From Clostridia bacterium (lineage in GTDB: Bacteria; Bacillota; Clostridia; UMGS1883), in assembly GCA_045656865.1 (NCBI GenBank), contig JAZOSB010000025.1, positions 8,032 through 72,031 on the forward strand: a DNA stretch of 64,000 nucleotides. Reading direction: 5' to 3'. The notes under the pieces are model-generated. The model ran no database searches. It saw nothing but the letters and a program-made list of their open reading frames with translations, and was not told where the DNA came from. This document shows, piece after piece, positions 20,595 through 28,393 of the stretch; the first letter of the stretch is position 1, and the number at the start of each line of letters is the position of its first letter. The position numbers and the translations under genes were made by a program.

Positions 20595-21032
20595 TCACCT
20601 CATAAAAAGAATGTATATAATACCTGCAATTACAGATGAAAGTGTTCCGTAGACAATAACGGGGCCTGCAACCGTAAAAATTTTTGTGGCAGTACCGGGG
20701 ACCATTCCCTCTGACTTAAATTCCATAGCAGGGGAGGTAACGGCATTGGAAAAGCCCGTAATCGGGACAAGAGTGCCTGCTCCTGCATATTTTCCTATGC
20801 GGTCAAATATGCCAAAAGCAGTCAGCACCGAAGCTATAAAAATCAGGGTAATTGCCGTTGCACTTCCTGCCAAATCCTTGCCAAGCCCTGCGGAAAGGTA
20901 GGCTTTCCTGAAAATTTCCCCCAATGTGCAGATAAGTCCGCCGACAAAAAATGCACGGAATGTATCCTTTATAATGGGGGATTTCCCCGAATGCTTATCC
21001 ACAATTTTCTGATATTCTTTCTGTGTCATCAT
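20595..21032 (-). CDS. spoVAC: Stage V sporulation protein AC
   Basis: 145 aa membrane protein. It shows conserved SpoVAC blocks (FFVGGLICTLGE, VPITGFSNAV). Confidence 0.9.
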   Translation of the reverse strand: MMTQKEYQKIVDKHSGKSPIIKDTFRAFFVGGLICTLGEIFRKAYLSAGLGKDLAGSATAITLIFIASVLTAFGIFDRIGKYAGAGTLVPITGFSNAVTSPAMEFKSEGMVPGTATKIFTVAGPVIVYGTLSSVIAGIIYILFMR

Positions 21033-21042
21033 AAAAACTCTC

Positions 21043-21153
21043 CTATATAAGCGTTACCGCACTACTGATTTCAATGCTTTCCTTTACCGAAACACGGAGC
21101 ATATATGCACATAAAAACGCAATAACAATTAAAACAATTTTTAATTTTCTCAT
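21043..21153 (-). CDS. Candidate 36-aa membrane peptide upstream of spoVAC
   Basis: MRKLKIVLIVIAFLCAYMLRVSVKESIEISSAVTLI. A strong SD (AAGGAGTG) lies 7 nt upstream. Its TAG stop is embedded in the spoVAC SD (TAGGAGAG). Too short for the ORF track. Confidence 0.4.
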   Translation of the reverse strand: MRKLKIVLIVIAFLCAYMLRVSVKESIEISSAVTLI

Positions 21154-21185
21154 ATAATTCACTCCTTTGCTCATTTATTTTTCCC

Positions 21186-21226
21186 AATAAAAAAAGAAAT
21201 TCTTATTTTTCAAAGAATTTCTTTTT
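21186..21226 (-). terminator. Terminator after the SpoVB-like gene
   Basis: An 11-bp stem AAGAAATTCTT/AAGAATTTCTT with a T7 tract in the minus sense. Confidence 0.8.
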
Positions 21227-21235
21227 GGTAATTTT

Positions 21236-22843
21236 TTACTTAAATTTTTTGCCTATAATTGGTATCTGTGCAAGCTCCTCCCGACTGAACACGCGGAAAA
21301 CCCCGATAAGGGTGAGGTAAACCGCACTTACAAGCACTATTGTAAAAAGTGTGGAGAGGTGAACAGGGAATACTGCTATAAAGAGCTTGTAGACAAAGAG
21401 AGCAACTCCGCCCATTATAAGTGCTGCAAGGAGAGGCTTTAAGAAGTATTTCCCCAAAGGAAGCTTCATCGGGAGATTTTTTCTCAGCACATAAAAGCTA
21501 ATGAAAAATGCAGTTGCCTGACAGACAATACTTCCTATCGGCGCACCGTAGATATTGATTTGGGGAATCGGGATAAGGATGATGTTAAGAATCACCTTTA
21601 AAATACCGCCGCACAACACACTGAGGGCAGGAACGAAAATTTTTCCCATACCCTGAAGTGAGCCGTAGATAGTCTGGCTCAGTGCCGCAAAAAATACGGT
21701 GGGTGCAACCATTGTGAAAAGGAGCGCACCCTCGGAAGCATTGGGATAAATTGTCTGAAGAATAGGCCCAGACAAAACCATATAGCCGACTGTACAGGGC
21801 AGGGCAACTATTGTAGAGATAAGCAGGGAAAAGGAAATCTTCTCCTTTGCCGTGTCAAAATCCTTTACCGCAAGAGCACCTGCTACCGTGGGGACAAGCA
21901 CCGTGGAAAATGCCGTGTTAATCGCAAGGGGAAGATTTATAAGAACATCCGTCTTGCTGAGAATACCGCTTAACCGAACTGCTTCGTCGTCAAGTGCTCT
22001 TCCCGAAAAAACTCCGCTAAGGGCAATTTTTACACCGTGGACAACGGTGACAATGTCAACAATTCTGTTAAGAGAGGCAACAATTGCGCCGAGGGAAATG
22101 GGAATTGAAACCCACAGAATCATTTTTGCAATTTTCGGTCCTGTTCCCTGAATTTTAATTGCAGGGGCAACAGAAATTTTCTCCTTTATATCCTTTCTGT
22201 TGGAAGCGTAGAATATAAAGAGGTATACACAGCTTAAAAATGTGGAAATAGTTGTTGCCAGCGTTGCGCCTGCCGCCATATACTCAGGCTTTTGTCCCAC
22301 CATTGCAATAACAATGAGGATTGTTGACAGACTTTTTAAAAACTGCTCCAACACCTGACTTGTGTTGGTCGCTTTCATATTGTGCTGACCTGCAAAAAAA
22401 CCGCGGATTACACTTGACACCGATACGAAAATCAGCGCAGGAGATAAAACCCTGATAGTATGCACCGCAGGAGGAGCATCAAGTATGTTTGTGGCAATAA
22501 ACTGTGCTCCGAAAAACATAACTGCTGCAAAAAATGCACCCACTATTGAGAACAGAACAAGTGCCACGCGGAAAATCCGCATTGCACCCTTGTAATCGTC
22601 GAGAGCGCACCTTTCCGACACAAGCTTGGAAATGGCATTGGGAATACCGATAGAGCTTATGGCAAGGAGCAGGGTGTATATCTGGAAACCGAAATTGTAG
22701 TAGCCGTTTCCCATATCGCCGAAGCCGTCAATGTTTGTTATTACCATACGGTACACAAAACCGAGAAGCTTCACGGCAACCTGTGCAAATATAATCGCTA
22801 TTACGTTTTTAATAAAGGTTGGTGCTTTTTTATTTTTTACCAT
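21236..22843 (-). CDS. MOP-superfamily flippase (SpoVB / MurJ-like polysaccharide biosynthesis protein)
   Basis: 535 aa with about 14 TM segments. The N-terminal block (IAIIFAQVAVKLLGFVYRMVITN) is typical of SpoVB/MurJ-like proteins. Confidence 0.8.
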   Translation of the reverse strand: MVKNKKAPTFIKNVIAIIFAQVAVKLLGFVYRMVITNIDGFGDMGNGYYNFGFQIYTLLLAISSIGIPNAISKLVSERCALDDYKGAMRIFRVALVLFSIVGAFFAAVMFFGAQFIATNILDAPPAVHTIRVLSPALIFVSVSSVIRGFFAGQHNMKATNTSQVLEQFLKSLSTILIVIAMVGQKPEYMAAGATLATTISTFLSCVYLFIFYASNRKDIKEKISVAPAIKIQGTGPKIAKMILWVSIPISLGAIVASLNRIVDIVTVVHGVKIALSGVFSGRALDDEAVRLSGILSKTDVLINLPLAINTAFSTVLVPTVAGALAVKDFDTAKEKISFSLLISTIVALPCTVGYMVLSGPILQTIYPNASEGALLFTMVAPTVFFAALSQTIYGSLQGMGKIFVPALSVLCGGILKVILNIILIPIPQINIYGAPIGSIVCQATAFFISFYVLRKNLPMKLPLGKYFLKPLLAALIMGGVALFVYKLFIAVFPVHLSTLFTIVLVSAVYLTLIGVFRVFSREELAQIPIIGKKFK

Positions 22844-22863
22844 AGGAAAAACCTTTCATTTCT

Positions 22864-23424
22864 TTATCTTTGAACATCCTCTTTGAAATTGTAAATTGCT
22901 CTTTCACCGCCAATTAGTCTGGGACGGGTTTTTGCGCAAATAATAGGTGCTTCGCCAATCTTTTTAACAGAAAGTCTTACGGGAACGCACACCCTTTTAA
23001 GGTGCATACCGATAAGCGTTCCACCAATGTCAATTCCTGCGTGTCCCTTGATTTCTTCAACCACAACGGGGGTTTCAAAGCCTTTGTAGGCCGCGGTTGC
23101 AAAAGAGCCACCTGCCTTTGGATGGGGAACTACACAAACCTCTTCAAGGTTGTATTTTTCCATACATTCTCTTTCTATAACAAGGCTTCTGTTAAGATGC
23201 TCACAGCACTGTGCTGCAAGGAAAATCCCCTTTTCTTTTAAAACAGAATAGATTCCATCAAAAAGTGCCTTGCCAACCTCTTCACTGCTGTTAGTTCCGA
23301 TTTTTTCTCCGATAACCTCGCTGGAGGAACATCCAACAACTAATATGTCACCTTTTTTAAGGCTTGCAAGAGCTACAAGTTCTTCCGCAGCCTTTAGTGC
23401 CTGTGCTTTGATTTCATTTAACAT
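22864..23424 (-). CDS. TIGR01440/UPF0340 family protein
   Basis: 186 aa. The blocks ILVVGCSSSEV...AAQCCEHLNR are characteristic of the YwlG/UPF0340 family. Confidence 0.8.
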   Translation of the reverse strand: MLNEIKAQALKAAEELVALASLKKGDILVVGCSSSEVIGEKIGTNSSEEVGKALFDGIYSVLKEKGIFLAAQCCEHLNRSLVIERECMEKYNLEEVCVVPHPKAGGSFATAAYKGFETPVVVEEIKGHAGIDIGGTLIGMHLKRVCVPVRLSVKKIGEAPIICAKTRPRLIGGERAIYNFKEDVQR

Positions 23425-23535
23425 ATATATTCAAAACCTTTCGTTTTTATTTACGCTAAATTATATTATACACCCCAATTAAAAAAAAGGCAATAATTAA
23501 GTACGGTTATTCATATATTATTATGAGGTGATTTT

Positions 23536-23721
23536 ATGCAGAATGAAGAAGCAATGTGCTACATAACCTATGCCGTACCTGCAAGACTGCTCCCAAATCT
23601 TCCGCTGGGAGAGAGGGCTATGCCGATAGAAAGTGTAGAGGAAGAGACGCCAATGCTATACCCCGAGGGGTTTATGCCTGACTGGTTTCTAAACGGGAAA
23701 TTTCCCGAAGATGAAGAATAA
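23536..23721 (+). CDS. Hypothetical acidic 61-aa protein
   Basis: The ORF has a GAGGTG SD 6 nt upstream. I recognise no family. Confidence 0.4.
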   Translation: MQNEEAMCYITYAVPARLLPNLPLGERAMPIESVEEETPMLYPEGFMPDWFLNGKFPEDEE

Positions 23722-23730
23722 AAGAATATT

Positions 23731-24316
23731 CCGCTGAGTAGCGGAGGACGTTGTACTTTTGGGAGCCAAAAGTACCAAAAACGCGGGGGTTCCGATTCCC
23801 CCGCACCCCTGAAACGGCCTCGCAGGGGCGTAATGTTTTTTGGGCGTGGTTTTCTTTTACTGTATTGTTTTCATTTTTGCAAATTTTCCGTCTTTGAACC
23901 GCCGGCTTTAAGGCAACACTCAGTTGCCTGTTCGCCTGAAATTGCTCGCCTGCAGAGGAAAATGATGCTCGCAATTTCACGGTAGCCGACAGAAAATTTG
24001 CAAAAACCGTAGTTTAGTGCTTGGGAAGAATAGTCAAGTTTTGAGAAATTCTTTGTTGACTGGCGTAAAAATCGCTCGTATCAACTTCCTCTGCCGACGA
24101 GCGATTTTTAGTCCGCAAGGAAATAAGTTTTCCTTTTAGGACGGCGACACCAAAACAAATAATTTCGAAAAACAAAACCATCTTTGTTATTAAGGACAAG
24201 TTTTTGCTTTCTTACGCCCCTGCGAGGGCGTTGAGGGGTGTGGGGAGAATCGCAACTCCCCACCGCTTTTCGCCATTTTGGCGTTCAAAATGGCAAAGGT
24301 CTCTGCGACTCCGCAG
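23731..24316. repeat. Hyper-structured non-coding locus bounded by 80-nt imperfect inverted arms
   Basis: The arms 23753-23833 and 24212-24294 are reverse complements, with a perfect 16-bp core CCTCGCAGGGGCGTAA/TTACGCCCCTGCGAGG. Interior stems are TTTTTGCAAATTTTCCGTC/GACAGAAAATTTGCAAAAA, GAAATTGC/GCAATTTC, GGCAAC/GTTGCC and the 12-bp AAAAATCGCTCG/CGAGCGATTTTT. Confidence 0.75.
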
Positions 24317-24355
24317 ATTGGCTTGCATTTCTGCAAAGAAGTTTGAAGTTTTGCA

Positions 24356-24386
24356 ACCAAAAAGGGAATCCGAAAGGATTCCCTTT
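24356..24386 (-). terminator. gdhA terminator
   Basis: AAAGGGAATCC-GAAA-GGATTCCCTTT with a T-tract in the minus sense. Confidence 0.85.
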
Positions 24387-24404
24387 AATTTGTTTAAAAA
24401 GCAA

Positions 24405-25754
24405 TTAGCAAACGCCGTATGCAAGCATAGCTTCCATAACTTTCTTGAAGCCTGCAATATTAGCACCTGCAACAAGGTCATAGCCAAGGCCGTATTCTTC
24501 AGCAGCATCCGCGCTAACCTTGTGGATGTTTGTCATAATACCCTTAAGCTTTTCGTCAACTTCTTCAGCGCTCCAGCTGTAACGCATAGAGTTCTGAGCC
24601 ATTTCAAGTGCAGATACAGCAACACCGCCTGCATTAACAGCCTTGGAGGGTCCTACGATAAGACCGCTTTCCTTGAGAAGTGCAACAGCTTCATTAGTTG
24701 TGGGCATATTAGCAACTTCGATATAGTACTTTGTACCGTTAGCAATAATCTTCTTAGCTTCTTCGATACCGATTTCATTCTGTGTAGCACAGGGCATGCA
24801 GATATCTGCCTTCACGCCCCAGGGCTTTTCACCTGCAAAGAACTGGCAACCGAACTTCTCAGCATAATCCTGAGCGCGGTCACGGCCGGAAGCTCTCATT
24901 TCAAGCATATAGTCAATCTTTTCCTGAGTTGTTACGCCGTCGGGGTCATATACATAACCGTCGGGACCGGAAATTGTGATAACCTTACCGCCGAGCTGAG
25001 CAACCTTTGCAGCAACACCCCATGCAACGTTACCGAAGCCGGAAATTGCAACTGTCTTGCCCTCGATTGTTTCACCGAAATGCTTAAGCACTTCGCAAGC
25101 GTAATATGTAGCACCGTAGCCTGTTGCTTCGGGACGGATAAGAGAACCGCCGTACGGAATACCCTTACCTGTAAGAACGCCGTTTTCCCAGCATCCCTTG
25201 ATTCTCTTGTACTGTCCGTAAAGGTAACCGATTTCTCTTGCACCTACACCGATATCACCTGCAGGAACGTCAACGTCGGGACCGATATGACGGTAAAGCT
25301 CTGTCATAAAGCTCTGGCAGAAACGCATAATTTCGCCGTCAGACTTACCTCTGGGGTCGAAGTCACTACCGCCCTTACCACCGCCGATGGGAAGACCTGT
25401 AAGGCTGTTCTTGAATGTCTGCTCGAAAGCGAGGAACTTCATAATAGAAAGGTTAACGGAAGGATGGAAACGAAGACCGCCCTTGAAAGGTCCGATAGCA
25501 CCGTTGAACTGTACACGGAAACCACGGTTAACCTGAACATTGCCGTTATCGTCTACCCACGGAACACGGAAGATAATCTGTCTTTCAGGCTCAACAAGTC
25601 TTTCAAAAAGGCCTGTCTTAGCAAGCTCAGGACGCTGCTCAACAACGTGCTCAAGAGATTCAAGCACTTCTGTAACAGTCTGGATAAATTCAGGCTCGTT
25701 AGCATCTTTCTTCTTAACGTTTTCCAAAACGCTGAGTAAGTATTCGTTTTTCAT
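24405..25754 (-). CDS. gdhA: NADP-specific glutamate dehydrogenase
   Basis: 449 aa with the Glu/Leu/Phe/Val dehydrogenase active-site block LPIGGGKGGSDFDP. Confidence 0.95.
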   Translation of the reverse strand: MKNEYLLSVLENVKKKDANEPEFIQTVTEVLESLEHVVEQRPELAKTGLFERLVEPERQIIFRVPWVDDNGNVQVNRGFRVQFNGAIGPFKGGLRFHPSVNLSIMKFLAFEQTFKNSLTGLPIGGGKGGSDFDPRGKSDGEIMRFCQSFMTELYRHIGPDVDVPAGDIGVGAREIGYLYGQYKRIKGCWENGVLTGKGIPYGGSLIRPEATGYGATYYACEVLKHFGETIEGKTVAISGFGNVAWGVAAKVAQLGGKVITISGPDGYVYDPDGVTTQEKIDYMLEMRASGRDRAQDYAEKFGCQFFAGEKPWGVKADICMPCATQNEIGIEEAKKIIANGTKYYIEVANMPTTNEAVALLKESGLIVGPSKAVNAGGVAVSALEMAQNSMRYSWSAEEVDEKLKGIMTNIHKVSADAAEEYGLGYDLVAGANIAGFKKVMEAMLAYGVC

Positions 25755-25794
25755 AATAAAAAACCTCCATTTTACAAAATTCTACATTAGGGAT

Positions 25795-25823
25795 ATTATA
25801 ACACCGTGAAAAAATGATGTCAA
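25795..25823 (-). promoter_or_regulatory. Consensus SigA promoter for gdhA
   Basis: In the minus sense: TTGACA, a 17-nt spacer, then TATAAT (perfect consensus), about 40 nt upstream of the gdhA ATG. Confidence 0.75.
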
Positions 25824-25871
25824 CATATTTTTACGGTTTGAAATGTGCACATATTCACGATTGTTGCTTTT

Positions 25872-28250
25872 TTATTTTATTTCAACCACGGTAACGCCTG
25901 CTTCACCCTCTCCGTAGCGACCGGGACGGAAGCTTCTTGCGTGGGGATGGTGGCGAAGCATATCGGAAATGGCACTGCGGAGTGCCCCTGTACCCTTGCC
26001 GTGAATAATGGTAACTGTTTCAAAATGCGAAAGTGCCGCGTCGTCGAGGTATTTGTCAACAAGAAGCAGTGCATCATCAACGGTTTCACCGCGGAGGTCA
26101 AGCTCCATCTTCACATCGCTGTACATACGGCTTTCACTTGAAATGTAGCTTTGTGCTTCTTTCTTTTTCTTCTCTTCCTTGGCAGGGGCAAGGGCATTTA
26201 CATTTGTTTTTATCTTCAGAATACCTACCTGCACCGTAATGTCCCCCTTTTTGTCGGGGAGAGTCAGTACATTGCCGGTAGAGTTCATAGTTGTAACCTC
26301 AACCACCTGACCGAGCGTAATTTTTTTAGGGTCAAGACGTTTTTTGGACTTGTTCTTAAACACATCCTCAGAAAGCTTTCCCTCGGCTTTGTCAAGCCCC
26401 TTCTTAAGCTCGCGTCTGCCTTCCTCAATAGCGGCACGGTTATTGCTTGCCGATTCTTCAAAGAGCTTCTGCATCTTTTTAACGATTTCATCGGCTTCCT
26501 TTTTCGCCTGCTCGTATATCTTTTTCGCATCACGGCGGGCATCATTAAGAAGCTTTTCCCTCTGTGCCTTGATACGGCTTCTTTCCTTTTCCGCCTCCTG
26601 CTTCTGGGCAAGGGACTGTGCCTTTGCCTCCGTGGCTTCGTCCAGTTCCTGCTGTGCCTTTGCGCGGTGCTCCTCAAGTGAAGTAATTACATCCTCAAAA
26701 CGGGTATTTTCCCCGTCGATAAGCTCTCTTGCGCGGTCAATAACATCATCCGACAGACCAAGCCTTTTGGAAATGGCAAAAGCATTACTCTTTCCCGGTA
26801 CGCCTATAAGAAGCTTATAGGTGGGGCGGAGTGATGCCACATCAAACTCGCACGCGGCATTTTCAACACGGTCGGTTGAAAGTGCGTACAGCTTGATTTC
26901 GCTGTAATGAGTGGTTGCGGCAACCTTTGCACCAAGGCTTCTTGCCCTCTCTAAAATGGCAATTGCAAGTGCCGCACCCTCTGTCGGGTCAGTACCCGAG
27001 CAAAGCTCGTCAAAAAGAATAAGGGAGTTGTAGTTTGCATTATCGAGAATTTTTATAATGTTTGTCATATGTGCCGAGAAGGTGCTAAGTGATTGCTCAA
27101 TTGACTGTTCGTCACCAATATCGGCAAAAACGCTGTCAAATACGGAAATCTGACTTCCGCTTCCAGCAGGAATTGCAAGTCCCGATTGTGCCATCAGAGT
27201 AAAAAGCCCCAATGTTTTAAGTGAAACGGTTTTACCGCCCGTGTTGGGACCTGTTATCACCAGTGTATCAAAGTCTTTTCCTAAATATATGTCTGTGGGA
27301 ACGACCTTTTTTGCGTCAATCAGGGGGTGTCTGCCCTTTTTTATATTAATAATTCCGTCGTGGTTAAGCTCCGGCACGGAAGCATTCATTTTTCGTGAAA
27401 GCTTTCCCTTGGCAAATGCAAAGTCAAGGTCGATAATTGTCCTGTAATTTGTTGATACGTCATCTGCAAATTCGCTGACAAACGAGGAAAGCTCCATCAG
27501 GATTTTTTCAATCTCGTCCTTTTCCTGAGAGTGAAGCTCCCGGAGTTTGTTGTTTATTTCCACTGCCGCCATAGGCTCGACGAAAAGCGTTGCACCGCTG
27601 GCAGAGCTGTCGTGTACAACACCAGGAACCTGTCCCTTGTGTTCGCTCTTCACGGGGATAACGTATCTGTCACCGCGCATTGATACAATCGGCTCCTGCA
27701 AAAGATTGGAGTAGGAGGGGGAGTGTACCATATCGTTTAAGACATCACGGATTTTGGAGTGGAGAGAACGCATCTTTCTGCGGATTGCAAGAAGGTCCGA
27801 AGATGCATCATCAGCTATTTCCTCATCACTTAAAATTGCAGAAAAAATGGCATTTTCGAGCTTTTTGTTTTCTGTAAGTGTTGAAAAGAGGTTGTTTAAA
27901 GTCGGAAAAAGTTCGCTGTAGCCGTCCTCTTCAAAATAACGGATAAGCCCTCTTGCCATTCTTAGCGTATGGGCAACAGACAGAAGCTCACTCATAGAAA
28001 GTGTGCCGCCTGCGGCACTTCTTTTTGCGGGACCCAAGACATTTCTGACAGGGCTTATGGGCGGAGTTCCTTTCTTTATAATAAGACTCTCTGCCTCGCT
28101 TGTAAAGGAAAGAAGCTCTCTTGCCTCGTAGATATTTTCCACAGGCAACAATGCGCCGCAGAGCTCTCGCGTCTGGGCGCATATTGCCTGTTCTTTAAGC
28201 ATTTCACGTATTGAATTGAATTCAAGAACTCTTAATGTGCGGTCATCCAT
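25872..28250 (-). CDS. mutS2: Endonuclease MutS2
   Basis: 792 aa. MutS ATPase P-loop GPNTGGKTV, a coiled-coil Lys/Glu-rich linker and a C-terminal Smr domain (IIHGKGTGALR). Confidence 0.94.
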   Translation of the reverse strand: MDDRTLRVLEFNSIREMLKEQAICAQTRELCGALLPVENIYEARELLSFTSEAESLIIKKGTPPISPVRNVLGPAKRSAAGGTLSMSELLSVAHTLRMARGLIRYFEEDGYSELFPTLNNLFSTLTENKKLENAIFSAILSDEEIADDASSDLLAIRRKMRSLHSKIRDVLNDMVHSPSYSNLLQEPIVSMRGDRYVIPVKSEHKGQVPGVVHDSSASGATLFVEPMAAVEINNKLRELHSQEKDEIEKILMELSSFVSEFADDVSTNYRTIIDLDFAFAKGKLSRKMNASVPELNHDGIINIKKGRHPLIDAKKVVPTDIYLGKDFDTLVITGPNTGGKTVSLKTLGLFTLMAQSGLAIPAGSGSQISVFDSVFADIGDEQSIEQSLSTFSAHMTNIIKILDNANYNSLILFDELCSGTDPTEGAALAIAILERARSLGAKVAATTHYSEIKLYALSTDRVENAACEFDVASLRPTYKLLIGVPGKSNAFAISKRLGLSDDVIDRARELIDGENTRFEDVITSLEEHRAKAQQELDEATEAKAQSLAQKQEAEKERSRIKAQREKLLNDARRDAKKIYEQAKKEADEIVKKMQKLFEESASNNRAAIEEGRRELKKGLDKAEGKLSEDVFKNKSKKRLDPKKITLGQVVEVTTMNSTGNVLTLPDKKGDITVQVGILKIKTNVNALAPAKEEKKKKEAQSYISSESRMYSDVKMELDLRGETVDDALLLVDKYLDDAALSHFETVTIIHGKGTGALRSAISDMLRHHPHARSFRPGRYGEGEAGVTVVEIK

Positions 28251-28393
28251 TGGGTATCAGTCCTTTTTGCGGGGTTTGTTAAGGGGACACCCCTTAACAG
28301 TAAAATCCGTCAAAAACGGGGGCGTGTACCTCGTTTTTGACACCTTGCAAGGGCTACCGCGGTGAGCGGTGCGCGAGCGAAAGGATGACCTTG

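Noticed and set aside
23672-24199. ORFs of 102 aa (23672-23980) and 61 aa (24014-24199) on the minus strand inside the structured locus
   Set aside because: Neither has an SD. Both are Arg/Ser/Gln-rich and low-complexity, and their reading frames run straight through inverted-repeat arms. The region is better explained as non-coding.
23731-24316. Identity of the structured locus with known housekeeping or large ncRNAs (RNase P RNA, 6S, SRP, tmRNA, OLE)
   Set aside because: I could not find the conserved strings I know for these, such as GAGGAAAGTCC for RNase P, the SRP domain IV motif or the tmRNA tag ORF. The flanking genes also do not fit the usual OLE context. This is a by-eye rejection only and needs cmscan.
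24204-25739. 511-aa plus-strand ORF, the longest unannotated ORF in the track
   Set aside because: It lies entirely antisense to gdhA, whose product has unmistakable glutamate dehydrogenase motifs. Its translation is Cys/Leu/Ser-rich and low-complexity, with no SD, and its 5-prime end runs through the structured non-coding locus. It is a typical shadow ORF.
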